Shown here piece after piece: positions 36,869-47,661 of a stretch of 64,000 bases of DNA (the first letter of the stretch is position 1; every line of letters begins with the position of its first letter). The notes beneath the pieces are model-generated. The model did not search any database and was not told where the DNA came from. It saw only the letters and a program-made list of their open reading frames with translations. The stretch spans positions 160,001 to 224,000 of the forward strand of contig CAVYNH010000006.1 in assembly GCA_963769885.1 (NCBI GenBank), read 5' to 3'. A program made the position numbers and the translations under genes. Origin of the DNA: Methanobacteriota archaeon (GTDB taxonomy: Archaea > Thermoplasmatota > E2 > DHVEG-1).

Positions 36869-37948
36869 ATGACCTTAAAGCCCATGACGGATTCCCCTGT
36901 CCATATGGATAAGCTGCAGACCCTCTGCCAGAACGCCGAAGAGATTGTCACCGTCGACGAACTGAAAACCGTCCTCCAGAAAGAGAAACCGAAGGCGTAC
37001 ATCGGCTTCGAGCCCTCAGGCACCGTCCACATCGGCTGGTCGATCTGCACCAACAAGATCAAAGACTTCCTCGCCGCCGGCTTCGACTTCACGGTCCTGC
37101 TTGCGGACTGGCACGCCTACATCAACGACAAACTCGACGGCGACCTCGACAAAATCAAGCTCTGCGGCCGCTACATGGAAGACTGCTTCGCCGCCATGGG
37201 CGTCCCCAAAGACAAGGTCCGGTTCGTCTACGCCAGCGACTACGTCAACGACCCCCGATACTGGGAGCTCGTCCTCAAGACTGCGAAAGCCACCTCCGTC
37301 GCCAGGGTCAGACGCGCCATGGACATCATGGGCCGCAGCGAAGACGAGGCCGACAAAGACCTCTCCAAACTCTTCTACCCGGCGATGCAAGTCTCCGATA
37401 TCTTCTACATGGACTTCGACGTCGCCTACGGCGGCATGGACCAACGCCACGCCCACATGCTCTGCCGCGAAGTCGCCAAAAAACTCAACCGTAAAATCCC
37501 GGTCGCCCTCCACACCCCACTCCTAAGCGGGCTGCAAGCCGGCGGCAGGATGAACCCCATCGAAGCCAAGATGAGCAAAAGCAAACCAGAGTCCATGATC
37601 TCCATCCACGACGACCCCGCAACGGTCAAGAAAAAGCTCGGCAAAGCCTTCTGCCCAGAGAAACAGACCAGCGACAACCCGATCCTCGAACTCTGCAAAT
37701 ACGTCATCTTCCCCGACCTCCACGGCGAACCGTTCATCCTGCATCGGCCGGAGAAGTTCGGCGGGGACCGCACCTTCCCCGACTACCAGTCCCTCGAAGC
37801 CGCGTACACCGAAGGACTCCACCCCCTCGACCTGAAGAACGCGACCGCGGAATACGTGAACCGAATCCTCGCGCCGGTCCACGAGTACTTCTCCCGGCAC
37901 CCCGAAAACCTCACGAAGATGCACGACCTCGGCATCATTCAATCCTAG
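36869..37948 (+). CDS. tyrS: Tyrosyl-tRNA synthetase (archaeal type)
   Basis: YIGFEPSG..HIG, YPAMQVSD, GGMDQR, KMSKS; start may be 36884 or 36905. Confidence 0.95.
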   Translation: MTLKPMTDSPVHMDKLQTLCQNAEEIVTVDELKTVLQKEKPKAYIGFEPSGTVHIGWSICTNKIKDFLAAGFDFTVLLADWHAYINDKLDGDLDKIKLCGRYMEDCFAAMGVPKDKVRFVYASDYVNDPRYWELVLKTAKATSVARVRRAMDIMGRSEDEADKDLSKLFYPAMQVSDIFYMDFDVAYGGMDQRHAHMLCREVAKKLNRKIPVALHTPLLSGLQAGGRMNPIEAKMSKSKPESMISIHDDPATVKKKLGKAFCPEKQTSDNPILELCKYVIFPDLHGEPFILHRPEKFGGDRTFPDYQSLEAAYTEGLHPLDLKNATAEYVNRILAPVHEYFSRHPENLTKMHDLGIIQS

Positions 37949-37989
37949 CGGTATCGAAAAAGGGAAAAAGAAGACGAGGAACGACGACG

Positions 37990-38295
37990 TTACTTCTTCT
38001 GCTGTTGTTCCCGCAGCTTCTGCAACTCCCGCTCCGTCTGCCGCTCGACATACATCGGCCCGGCGAAGGTGCCGACGCCATGCGCCGCAAGCCCGATCCC
38101 CCACCCAATCATCGGAAAGGCCGGCCAGAAGAAGTAATTACCAGCGGTTGTACTCGTCCACCACCAGATCCCAATGAGCATAGCGTTCACGAGGATGTAG
38201 ACGACGAGATGGATGTAGAATCCGACCTTCGCCTGCGCGACCTTCTCAGCCTTACTCCGGAGCTCCTCTTCAGTAGCCGTTCTACTCACCAACAC
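37990..38295 (-). CDS. 2TM domain protein
   Basis: GFYIHLVVYILVN..FWPAFPMIGWGIGLAAH signature. Confidence 0.8.
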   Translation of the reverse strand: MLVSRTATEEELRSKAEKVAQAKVGFYIHLVVYILVNAMLIGIWWWTSTTAGNYFFWPAFPMIGWGIGLAAHGVGTFAGPMYVERQTERELQKLREQQQKK

Positions 38296-38363
38296 CTCAA
38301 TAACGCCTCAAAACTGATAAGCGTTTGCATACCAAAGAGAAAAAAGGGGGAAAACAGCAGCCC

Positions 38364-41289
38364 TCACTTTGAGAGCTGCGGCACGTACGGGGTAAATGCA
38401 GGATCCCCGTAGAGATGGTACTCGAAGAACGACTGGAACTTGTTGTCCATCTGCGGGCTCTTGCCGGACTTCGCCATGGACGAGTACAGCTGCGCATCCA
38501 ACGACAGAATCCCGGTCGTCGTCAGCGGCGGCGACCACCAGACGTCCCACGGGCCATCCTCAGGGAGATACTGATTCCGCGCGTCCCGGAACGCAAGCCC
38601 CAGACTCGTGTTCCCCTTCTGCAGGTACCCCAGCATGTCCGCGTAAATCTTGAAGCCGAAATGCATGTCCGGATAATCTCCCTTGGCGACCGCACGCTTG
38701 TTGACCAGGTACCGATACAGCGTCTGACCGGGCAGGTCATACTTCGAGTTCTTCGGCTCTAGGTAGCCGCCCGCGATGTTCGACGATGTCGTCGCCGAAA
38801 TCATAGCGGCGACTCCCGAATGCAGGTACGCCTGGGTGATGCTCTGGGTCGGATACATCCCGTCCAGCTTGCCGCAGATGCAGCTTTCAATCCACATGAA
38901 CGACGGCCCCAATTGCATAGTCTCGACGTTACGGGGGCTGTAGCAGCCGTGGGCACCCAGCGACGTCCCCGGGCCGTACCCGAAGATGGAGACGACCTGC
39001 GCTAATATCTTGGGGAGGATGCCGTGCGGCAGGCCCAGCCCAAGGCTCGTAGTCCCGACGTCGGTCATGCTGAAGAGATGCTGGTTCCCATGGGCGTTGG
39101 CGAAGATGAGATTGGAGTCTCTCCTGGACCTCCTTGCCTCGGACGATGTCAGCGCCGATCTGCGTCCGTAGCTGCCGCGGGGAGAACAACAGTCGGTTCA
39201 GGATGTTCGCTGTTTTCATCTCCCGGATCGCCTCGTTAGAAAATCCCTGGTACGCAGCCTCGTTCTCGCGGATGTAGGTCGTGTCGTAGCCGAGGCCCTC
39301 GACGATATGCGTCATCGTCTGCCCGTTAATCACGGACGCCCCGGTGGTCAGCTTCATGGGCTCGCCGTGGCCCTTGATAATCCCGAGCATCTCACCTAGC
39401 ACCTTGTATCGGACGAGCGGCTCCTGGAAATCGTTGCCGCCGCCTAGCATCACGGCCGCCTGGTCCTTCCAGTCACCGAGGCCGTTGATGATGCGGTCGT
39501 AGAAGATGGTCCGGTCGATGAGCGCGGAGGCATCTTGGGTATCCCAGCCGGTGATGCGTCCGATGACGTTCTCCTGTTCAGGATACTTTTCTGTGGATGC
39601 GCTGTAGAGGTCCGGGGCATGGTTCGACCAGTCGCCGGGGTTTGGGTCGATGTCGGAGTAGATGAAGTCGCTGGGGATCCCGCAGCCCCAGAAGTAGCCC
39701 ATGTCCTGGATCGAGATAGGCTCGATGGAGCTGTTGTAGAGGTATTGCGGCAGCATCGTGCCGTCGCCGACCAAGGCGATGTACATGGGGCTGTTCGTGT
39801 AGTATTCTTTGAGTTCTTTGAGGGCGGCGCTGCCGCTGTCGTCGTTTGGCCCCAGATCGATCCCGGCGATGTTCGCGAGGAGGGCGTTGATCTCTTTATG
39901 GATATTGAAGACGTGCGTGTTCGATGCCTCGACGAGGCGAGGGTTCTTGCGTGGGAGTGAATATCCTGGGGAGGTCTGCCCCAGGTATAATGTGCTGTCG
40001 TTGGCAGCGAATGCGAACTCCGGTCGGCCGAAGACGAGACCCTGGTGGTAGGCGGCGAGGTACGGGGCGAGGGAGGACAACTTGGGGATCATCGGATAGC
40101 GGGAGTCGTCGAGCTTTTGGATGGTGACCTCGGCTTTCACCTGGCCGGTTTTGGAAATCACCCAGGTTGGTGAGGTCTGGATGTTGTATCGGACGCCGCC
40201 GCGGTCGTAGAGGACGCATTCGGTGTAGGTGCTGTCCTCGATGATCTTGCCGGTGGAGTCTCGGATGGCGACGCCGCCCATGTTGGTGCCGCCCGCGTAG
40301 AGCTCCATCTTTTGGAGGTTGGCGGGTTCGTCGGGGAGGTCTGGTCCGACGAAGAAGATGACGTTGTCGCCGAGGAGGTCCGCGTTCTCCGGGTTCATGT
40401 TGATGCCCTTGAATTTCACGAGGGCGTATTTGTAGTCCTGCGGGATGGGGAACGAGCCGAGCGTGAGGTTGTTGCCTTTCAGCATGCCGCCGACGGTGCT
40501 GAGGAGCATGGTGGTCGACGTGGTTTTCATGGTCTTCGGCCCGATGGTCATGTTGACTTGGGCGAGGACCCGGGGCGGATAGGCGTCGAGGGGGTTGGTG
40601 AGGACGAGGTAGTTGGTGGAGCCGAAGCGGTTGTTGATGACCGTGATCTGGGCGTCGAGGGCGTCTTCGGCGGTGGTGATGGTGTAGGGGTTGCCGACGG
40701 TCCTGATGTGGGTGCCGCAGACGATGCTTTGTTCGACGCCGAGGTCGGTGAGGGCGGAGAGGGATTGGGTGCTGTTGGGGTCGATGATGATGATGGGGAT
40801 GCTGAGGTAGGCGGCGATGGGGGCGGCGAGGACGCCGAGTTCGTAGCCTTGCTGGGAGTCTTCGATGAGGAGGGCGGCTTTGCTGTGCTGCCAGTAGCGT
40901 TGGGCGAGGTCAAGGGACCATTGTTCGGGGGTCTTGGTGTCGTCGATGATGAGGTCGACGGGGATCTTGATCTGGTCGTTGATGATGCGGACGACGTCTT
41001 CAGAGGGCGAGGTGAGGTTCTCTACATAAAGGGGGACGATGGTCTGGGTGCCAGTGGCATCGTAGTGGACGGCGAGGGGGGTGCCGATGAGGGGGTAGAA
41101 CTGGTTTTGGTTGGAGACGGTGATGGCGGTGGGGGTGGTGTTTTTTAGTTGGCCGGTGATGGTGCTGAAGGAGTCGATGCTGATGTTTTTTCCGGAGGCT
41201 TTCATGGGGATGTAGGTGTAGATGCCGATGGAGGCGATGATGAGGACGATGACTCCGGCTATCACTATGAGCTTGTCGTTTTTCTTCAT
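38364..41289 (-). CDS. Large membrane-anchored peptidase C25 (gingipain-like) protein; apparent +1 frameshift at ~39118
   Basis: N-terminal TM; ALVGD, SDFIY, IGRITG, NAHG (restored), ESCICG, LYGDPA. Confidence 0.7.
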
Positions 41290-41455
41290 TATTATCGCCA
41301 TCACTGGTTGAGATTGTGTTTTAAAAACATATTCCTATCTTTCTATATAATATTTTCCTTTTATATATTATTGTTCGGTGGGGTGGTGTTGGTGGGTTGG
41401 TGTTGGGAATGTTTAATAACGGTGATTTCCATTACCCGGGTTTGAGGACGAGTTT

Positions 41456-41824
41456 ATGGCGGATGAACAGCAGCTTTCCCCTCAGTTGCAGGATCAGATT
41501 TCTCGGTTGCAGCAGACGCGTGCGCAGGTGCAGATGTTGGCCCAGCAGCGGCAGCAGGTTGAGCTTCAGCTCCGTGAGGTGGAGGAGGCCTTGAAGGAGG
41601 TTGAGGCGGCGGGGGAGAAGACGCCGATCTACAAGAGCATCGGCGCGATCTTGGTGAAGGCGAAGGGGAAGGCTGAGGTGAAGAAGGAGCTGGAGGGGAC
41701 GAAGGAGTCGCTGCAGCTGCGCAAGACGACGCTGGAGAAGCAGGAGGGGCGGAGTCGGGAGAAGCTGACGGAGCTGCAGAGCAAGGTGGAGCAGGGGCTG
41801 AAGCTGGCTGGTCAGGGTGAATAG
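41456..41824 (+). CDS. pfdB: Prefoldin beta subunit
   Basis: Coiled coil - IYKSIGAILVK hairpin - coiled coil. Confidence 0.92.
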   Translation: MADEQQLSPQLQDQISRLQQTRAQVQMLAQQRQQVELQLREVEEALKEVEAAGEKTPIYKSIGAILVKAKGKAEVKKELEGTKESLQLRKTTLEKQEGRSREKLTELQSKVEQGLKLAGQGE

Positions 41825-42186
41825 TGCCGCTTGGGAAGATCTATTCGGTCTACAGTGATCTGCGGACGCGGAAGGGCGCGCTGTTTTTCTTCGTCCTCGG
41901 CGGGATTCTCCTTATATTGACGGTGTTGCAGTTTGTGTTTCATGTGTTTTCCTCGTCGGAGGAGTTGGCTGGGATTCTGCTGGCGTTGACGATGCTGTTT
42001 CTGGGGGGCGGGGCGATCTTTTATTTCTTCTCCCGGATGTTCGGGAGGCTGGCGGAGATCGCGGCGGAGGTCGAGAGCGATGAGTCGCTGCGGGATGATG
42101 AAGATGAGACGGAGGAGCGCCAGGAGTTGCTGGCTCCCGAGTCGGAGCAGAAGCAGCCTGATCAGAAAACGTCAGAGTTAAAGTAA
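41824..42186 (+). CDS. Two-TM protein with acidic tail
   Basis: GTG start coupled to pfdB stop; two TMs. Confidence 0.65.
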   Translation: MPLGKIYSVYSDLRTRKGALFFFVLGGILLILTVLQFVFHVFSSSEELAGILLALTMLFLGGGAIFYFFSRMFGRLAEIAAEVESDESLRDDEDETEERQELLAPESEQKQPDQKTSELK

Positions 42187-42194
42187 GGCTTTTT

Positions 42195-43082
42195 TTAGGT
42201 GCCGAAGCGCCGTTTGCGGTTCTGGTAGGTGCGGATGGCTTCGAGGAAGTCGCGTTTCTGGAAGGCGGGCCAGTAGACGTCGGAGAAGTAGAGCTCGGAG
42301 TAGGCGAGCTGCCAGAGGAGGAAGTTGGAGACGCGTTCCTCTCCTGAGGTGCGGAGGATGAGGTCGGGGTCGGGGATGCCGGTGGTGTAGAGGTAGGAGC
42401 TGACGGTGTCCTGGCTGATGCGGGGGATGTCGAGTTTGCCGTCTTTGACGTCGGTGGCGATGAGCTTGATGGCGTTGATGATCTCCTCGCGGCCGCCGTA
42501 GGCGAGGGCGATGTTGAAGAGGTATTTGTCGTAGTGTTTGGTGAGGTCCATGATTTCCTGGGCGGCTTGTTGGAGTTCGGGGGGGAGGGCGTCGAGATGG
42601 CCGAGGATGCGGATGCGGATCTGGTATTGGTGGATGCGGGAGTCCTCCTTGGCTTTGGTGAGTTCTTCTTTGAAGAGGCGCATGAGGGTTTGGACTTCGT
42701 CGGTGCTGCGTTTGAAGTTCTCGGTGGAGAAGGCGTAGATGGTGAGGACTGGGATGTCGAGGAGGAAGCACCAGTCGAGGACGTCCTCGATTTTTTTGCT
42801 GCCGATGATGTGGCCGGCTTCGGCGGTGATGCCGACTTCTTGGGCGAAGCGTCGGTTGCCGTCCATGATGATGGCGACGTGGCGGGGGACGGGGTCTGCT
42901 TTGACGTCTCGGATGAGCTGGTCGTCTCTGAACTGATCGATTTTTTTGTGGAAGAACGTATAGAGGGAGGAGCGGTAGACGGCGGTGAGGATGCGTCGTC
43001 CGGTGGTGCTTTCGAGGGCGTAGCGTTCGAGGTCGTCGATTTTTTTTCCCGCTAGGGATTTCAGTGATGATCGTCTCGGTAT
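42195..43082 (-). CDS. uppS: Polyprenyl diphosphate synthase (cis-prenyltransferase)
   Basis: PRHVAIIMDGNRR, YAFSTENF, YGGREE, RTSGEERVSNF, RRFG; frame is open to 43082 where the codon is ATA (start uncertain). Confidence 0.9.
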   Translation of the reverse strand: MPRRSSLKSLAGKKIDDLERYALESTTGRRILTAVYRSSLYTFFHKKIDQFRDDQLIRDVKADPVPRHVAIIMDGNRRFAQEVGITAEAGHIIGSKKIEDVLDWCFLLDIPVLTIYAFSTENFKRSTDEVQTLMRLFKEELTKAKEDSRIHQYQIRIRILGHLDALPPELQQAAQEIMDLTKHYDKYLFNIALAYGGREEIINAIKLIATDVKDGKLDIPRISQDTVSSYLYTTGIPDPDLILRTSGEERVSNFLLWQLAYSELYFSDVYWPAFQKRDFLEAIRTYQNRKRRFGT

Positions 43083-43201
43083 GGTCTAAGCCCCCGGTAG
43101 TCTGATTTTCTTCCTGGTATAAATAGGTTCATGTGGCTTCTCTTGGAGGGAAAAGGCTGACGAGAGCCGGAAGCGGGTGTCGTCCAGCTTAAAGACCGGG
43201 G

Positions 43202-43864
43202 TCATTGTTCTGTGGCGCCGGTCTCGATGGCTTCGATGGTCTCCAGGATCTCCTGGCGGGTGGGGCCGTCGAGTCCTTTGACGAGGAGGATCTGGCGGAG
43301 GAGCGGGAGGGCGTCCTTGTTTTGTTGTTTGGTGAAGTTGTAGATGAAGTCTCCGAGGTTGAACCAGCCGTGGTATCGGGCTGGGCGTTGGAGGTAGTCG
43401 GTGACGATGCCTTTCATGTAGTCGTAGGGGACTTGTCCGGGGATGCCGGTGAGGGCGCCGACCATGTAGGAGTTGTATTCCTCGTTGTCGAACTGGTCTT
43501 TGAGGGCGTCGAGGAGGGGTTGGATGGCGGGGGTGCCGATGTCTTGGAGGGTGAACATGGCTTCTTCGCAGGCGAGGGTGTCGTCGGATTCGCGGCAGAG
43601 CATGCCGATGAGGGCGGGGATGGCCTGGGGGTCTTTGGTCTGGTGGAAGATGCGGAGGGCGTAGTAGCAGCTCCAGGTGAAGTCGTGGTCGAGGAGCGGG
43701 CTGAGGGCGGTGGTCGCAGCGGGGCCGAGGCGGGTGAGCGCGGTGACTGCGTCTTGGACGACGGGCCAGATCTCGGATTCTTCCTTGTCGAGGTAGTCGC
43801 CTGCGTCTACGTTTTTGAGAGCGGTGATGTAGCGGTTGATCTCCTCTGTTTGTTGGTCTTGCAT
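43202..43864 (-). CDS. HEAT/PBS-like repeat protein
   Basis: ALTRLGPAATTAL, QAIPALI, TLQDIGTPAIQPLL helical repeats. Confidence 0.65.
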   Translation of the reverse strand: MQDQQTEEINRYITALKNVDAGDYLDKEESEIWPVVQDAVTALTRLGPAATTALSPLLDHDFTWSCYYALRIFHQTKDPQAIPALIGMLCRESDDTLACEEAMFTLQDIGTPAIQPLLDALKDQFDNEEYNSYMVGALTGIPGQVPYDYMKGIVTDYLQRPARYHGWFNLGDFIYNFTKQQNKDALPLLRQILLVKGLDGPTRQEILETIEAIETGATEQ

Positions 43865-43915
43865 TAAGGTTTCTCCTCAGGTCGGTGAATAGGCGTGGTT
43901 TTACTTAAAACTTGT

Positions 43916-45082
43916 TCAGCCCGGCTGGGGGCGGCGTTCCTTGACCCAGAGGAGCATGATGGCGGAGGCGACGGTGAGGGCAAGGGAGAGGATGAAGGGG
44001 GTGATCGGTCCGACCGTGTCCCAGAGGATGCCGGCGGCGAGCGAGGCGGGGAGGGCGCAGACGCCGATGACGAGCTGGAAGGCACCGAGGCTGCTGGCGC
44101 GGTACTGGGCAGGGGCGATCTCGGAGACGAGGGTGCGTTGGACGGGTTCGATGGCGGCGCGGTGCAGGCCGTAGAGGACGAAGGTGAAGAGGATGGCCCA
44201 GTAGGTCTGTAGGAAGATGAAGATGAGGCAGAGGAGTCCCCAGAAGCCGTAGGAGAGGAGGAGGACGTTCTTGCGGCCGATTTTGTCGGCGAGTCTGCCG
44301 AAGGGGTAGGAGAAGAGGGCGGCGAAGACGGTGAAGATGAGGTAGAGGATGGGGACGGTGAGGATGGGGAAGCCGGCGCGGCTGGCGAAGATGAGGAGGA
44401 AGGAGTAGCTGAAGCTGGCGAGGGCGAAGAGGGCGCTGAGGATGAGGAAGAGTCTGAAGTTGCGGTCGATGTCTTTAAGGGTGAATCCTTTGAAGATCCG
44501 CTGTCCGGATGCCCGTTTTTCTTTGATGACAAAGAATACGAGAAGGATAGCGATGACGCTGGGGATGGCGGCGAGGAGGAAGATGCTGCGGTAGGTCCAG
44601 CCTAGGAAGCTGAGGAGGGCGAGGCAGAGGAGGATGCCGCCGACGGCGCCGAGGTTGTCCATCGCACGGAGGATGCCGAAGTGTTTGCCGCGGTTCTCGT
44701 CGGTGGAGGCGTCGGCGATCATGGCGTCCCTGGGTGCGCCGCGCATCTTGCCGGCGCGGTCGAGGATGCGGAAGGGGATGACTTGCGGCCAGGCGGTGGT
44801 GAGGGCGTAGCCGATGCGGGAGGCGGAGCCGAAGAGGTAGCCGGTCCAGACGAAGACTTTGCGTCGGTGGAGGCGGTCGGCGGCGTAGCCGCTGGCGGCC
44901 TGGGAGAGGCTGACGAGGGCGTCGCCGAGGCCGTCGATGAAGCCGAGGATCTCCATGTTGGCGCCCAGCGTGATGGTGAGGAAGAGGGGCCAGACGGGGT
45001 AGATCATGTCGGAGCCGAAGTCGTTGAGGAAGGAGGCGGCGGCGAAGGTTCGGACTGTTTTTTTGTCTTCCTGGTCTGGCAT
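43916..45082 (-). CDS. MFS transporter
   Basis: SDMIYP, GYAADRL, DRAGKMRGAPRDA, GRLADKIGRK. Confidence 0.9.
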   Translation of the reverse strand: MPDQEDKKTVRTFAAASFLNDFGSDMIYPVWPLFLTITLGANMEILGFIDGLGDALVSLSQAASGYAADRLHRRKVFVWTGYLFGSASRIGYALTTAWPQVIPFRILDRAGKMRGAPRDAMIADASTDENRGKHFGILRAMDNLGAVGGILLCLALLSFLGWTYRSIFLLAAIPSVIAILLVFFVIKEKRASGQRIFKGFTLKDIDRNFRLFLILSALFALASFSYSFLLIFASRAGFPILTVPILYLIFTVFAALFSYPFGRLADKIGRKNVLLLSYGFWGLLCLIFIFLQTYWAILFTFVLYGLHRAAIEPVQRTLVSEIAPAQYRASSLGAFQLVIGVCALPASLAAGILWDTVGPITPFILSLALTVASAIMLLWVKERRPQPG

Positions 45083-45200
45083 GGGTCCGGGTTCGGAATC
45101 CTGGTCTTTTCATTTAAACGTATCCAGGGGGTTCGACGGCTTTCTTTCGGAATCGAATTTATATAAGGCTTTGTCGTATATTTTCTTTGGATTGGTTTGG

Positions 45201-46802
45201 ATGGTTTCGGGTCGTGGTTGCGTTGGGCGCGGGGGTTTTGCGGTTTTTCTTGTGTTGTTGATGGTGTTTCCGATGGTTTCTTGGGCTGGGTCGGAGACAG
45301 TGGTGGAGAAGGATGGTGGTCTTTTGGATTCTGCATGGCCGATGTTCCACCACGATCTCAAACACACCGGACGAAGCCCGTATGCCCCGGCAATAAGCAA
45401 TTGGTATGTGGTAAAATGGAAATTTAAAATGTACGGATACACGACCAGTTCTTCACCAGCAATAGACAAAAATGGAACCATTTATGTCGGCTCGTTTAGA
45501 GACGGACTTTTCGCTTTATATCCAAATGGGACGCCGAAATGGCAGGCCGACATCGGACAGGTTTTATCTTCCCCAGCCATTGGAGACGACGGAACCATTT
45601 ACGTCGGCAACGATGGTGGCCGACTTTACGCCTTTAACCCCAACGGCACAATACGATGGGATATCCTCTTAGGAGCCGGATGGGCCTATTCCTCTCCCGC
45701 TATCGGTTTAAACGGCATCATCTATACCGCCACCACAGACGAATACTCATTATTTGCGATCTACCCGAATGGCACCATCAAATGGAGATTTCAAGTCGCC
45801 ACTGGTCCTATCTATTCCTCCCCGGCGATAGCAGACGACGGCACCATCTACATCGGCTCCAACGATGACTACCTCTATGCCGTAAACCCCAACGGAACGC
45901 TTAAATGGAAATTTAAAGCCACTTGGTGTATACAAAACCCGCCGAGCATCGATGACAACTGCAACATCTACTTCGGCTCCTGGGACGGATACCTCTACAG
46001 CCTCAGACCCAATGGTACTCTTAGATGGAAGTATTGGATAGGCTCAAATGAAGCGTCCCCTGCCATCGCCGCTGACGGCACAATCATCACCGGGTCGGCT
46101 GACATCTTCGCGTTTTCCCCGAACGGCTCCCTGAAATGGAGATTCCAAGGAGTCGGCGGAGACATCCTGGGTTCACCAGTCATCGACGCCAACGGGATTA
46201 TCTATGCCCCCTCTGGCCATAACGACTTCTTCGCCATTAACCCGAACGGGACTCTCCGCTGGCGGTTCGTCATAGCAAATTGCGGCATCCAATCCACCCC
46301 TGCCATTGCACAAGATGGCACCATATACATAACCGGTGGTTTTGAAGCATCTGGAGCTAACCCAGATTATTCATACCTCTACGCCTTGGGATGCATCAAT
46401 GATACCCAGCCCAGCACGCCAACCATCACTGGAACCGAGAACGGCCACGTCCGCCGGACCTACGACTACACCATCACCGCCATCGACCCGGACAACGACA
46501 CCCTCCAGTATTACATCGACTGGGGCGACGGAACCTTCACGAATTGGACCACCCCAACACCCTCCGGACATTCTATTACGCAATCTCACACCTGGAAAAA
46601 ACGCGGAACCTACACCGTCAAAGCCAAAGCCCGGGACCAATACCTCTGGGAGACCGACTGGGCCACCCTCACCGTCAAAATGCCCTACGAACCACCACGA
46701 TTCCCCATCCTCCACTGGCTCCTCGACCGCTTCCCCAACGCCTTCCCATTCCTCCGACATCTCCTCCAGAACCTACCACAATATAACAATCCCTACAGTT
46801 AA
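45201..46802 (+). CDS. Secreted PQQ-like beta-propeller protein with PKD domain
   Basis: WPMFHHD..HTG, about 8 SSPAI.DGTIY..LYA.NPNGT.KW repeats, DWGDG PKD. Confidence 0.85.
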   Translation: MVSGRGCVGRGGFAVFLVLLMVFPMVSWAGSETVVEKDGGLLDSAWPMFHHDLKHTGRSPYAPAISNWYVVKWKFKMYGYTTSSSPAIDKNGTIYVGSFRDGLFALYPNGTPKWQADIGQVLSSPAIGDDGTIYVGNDGGRLYAFNPNGTIRWDILLGAGWAYSSPAIGLNGIIYTATTDEYSLFAIYPNGTIKWRFQVATGPIYSSPAIADDGTIYIGSNDDYLYAVNPNGTLKWKFKATWCIQNPPSIDDNCNIYFGSWDGYLYSLRPNGTLRWKYWIGSNEASPAIAADGTIITGSADIFAFSPNGSLKWRFQGVGGDILGSPVIDANGIIYAPSGHNDFFAINPNGTLRWRFVIANCGIQSTPAIAQDGTIYITGGFEASGANPDYSYLYALGCINDTQPSTPTITGTENGHVRRTYDYTITAIDPDNDTLQYYIDWGDGTFTNWTTPTPSGHSITQSHTWKKRGTYTVKAKARDQYLWETDWATLTVKMPYEPPRFPILHWLLDRFPNAFPFLRHLLQNLPQYNNPYS

Positions 46803-46888
46803 AAAGCGGTTTAACACAAAACTCCTTTTAAAAACACCATACAATTAAATACTGAAATCCTTATTAAGAACTAAGGGGGAAATGAATA

Positions 46889-47587
46889 ATGACAGCACAT
46901 CATTCACTCATGAAGCTGCTCGCCCTCGCTGGGGCCACCATCCTCGCCTTCTCCAGCCTAAGCCTCACCTGCGCCAACGCCTCACCAACCGACAACAGCC
47001 CACCGTACGCCCCGACCATCACCGGCCCGTCCTTCGCGATGCCGGGCAAGCCCGTCCCCGTCACCTTCTGCGCTGTCGACCCGGACAACGACACCCTCAT
47101 GATCTACGTCGAATGGGGCGGAGAAAACAACTCAGACTTCTCAGATTGGTACCCCGCCCCCTCCGGCGTCCCCATCACCGTCAACCACACCTGGAACTAC
47201 ACCGGCGTCTTCACGACTAGGGCAAAAGCCAAAGACCCCTACGGCGCCCAAAGCCCCTGGTCCAAACCCTACAACATCACCATCCTCCCCGTTGAAATCA
47301 ACATCTCGTTCCTCGGCCGCTTCACCGTCACCGTCAAGAACATCGGCACCCAGAACATCACGAACCTGACCACCGCCATCACCTTCGACGGCGGCATCCT
47401 TCACCGCCACCATACGCGTAGCGCAACGAGTCAGATTCTATTACCCGGAGAAACCCAGACTGTATCCATGCTGCTCTTCGGCTGGGGCTCCTTCATGCTC
47501 ACCGTCTCAGTTAAAGCCAACGAATTCAACGAGGTCACATTCACAGTCACTGGTAAAATCTTCTTCTTCTTTATCATAATCCCCTGA
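46889..47587 (+). CDS. Secreted PKD-domain protein with conserved C-terminal domain
   Basis: Signal peptide, PKD (DPDND..EWG..HTW..AKAKD), C-terminal VKNIG..FGWG..GKIFFFF. Confidence 0.75.
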   Translation: MTAHHSLMKLLALAGATILAFSSLSLTCANASPTDNSPPYAPTITGPSFAMPGKPVPVTFCAVDPDNDTLMIYVEWGGENNSDFSDWYPAPSGVPITVNHTWNYTGVFTTRAKAKDPYGAQSPWSKPYNITILPVEINISFLGRFTVTVKNIGTQNITNLTTAITFDGGILHRHHTRSATSQILLPGETQTVSMLLFGWGSFMLTVSVKANEFNEVTFTVTGKIFFFFIIIP

Positions 47588-47661
47588 CCACTCGGCATTC
47601 GATAAGGAGGAACGAAACACCTTATAAGGGAGACCATGATTCCAGGAGCCGGGTAGCAACT

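Noticed and set aside
45440-46340. ~120-nt degenerate DNA repeats
   Set aside because: Coding repeats of beta-propeller blades.
46483-47098. 23-nt exact repeat (46483-46505 and 47076-47098) as a DGR template/variable pair
   Set aside because: It encodes the shared PKD motif DPDNDTL; there is no adenine-specific mismatch pattern and no reverse transcriptase.
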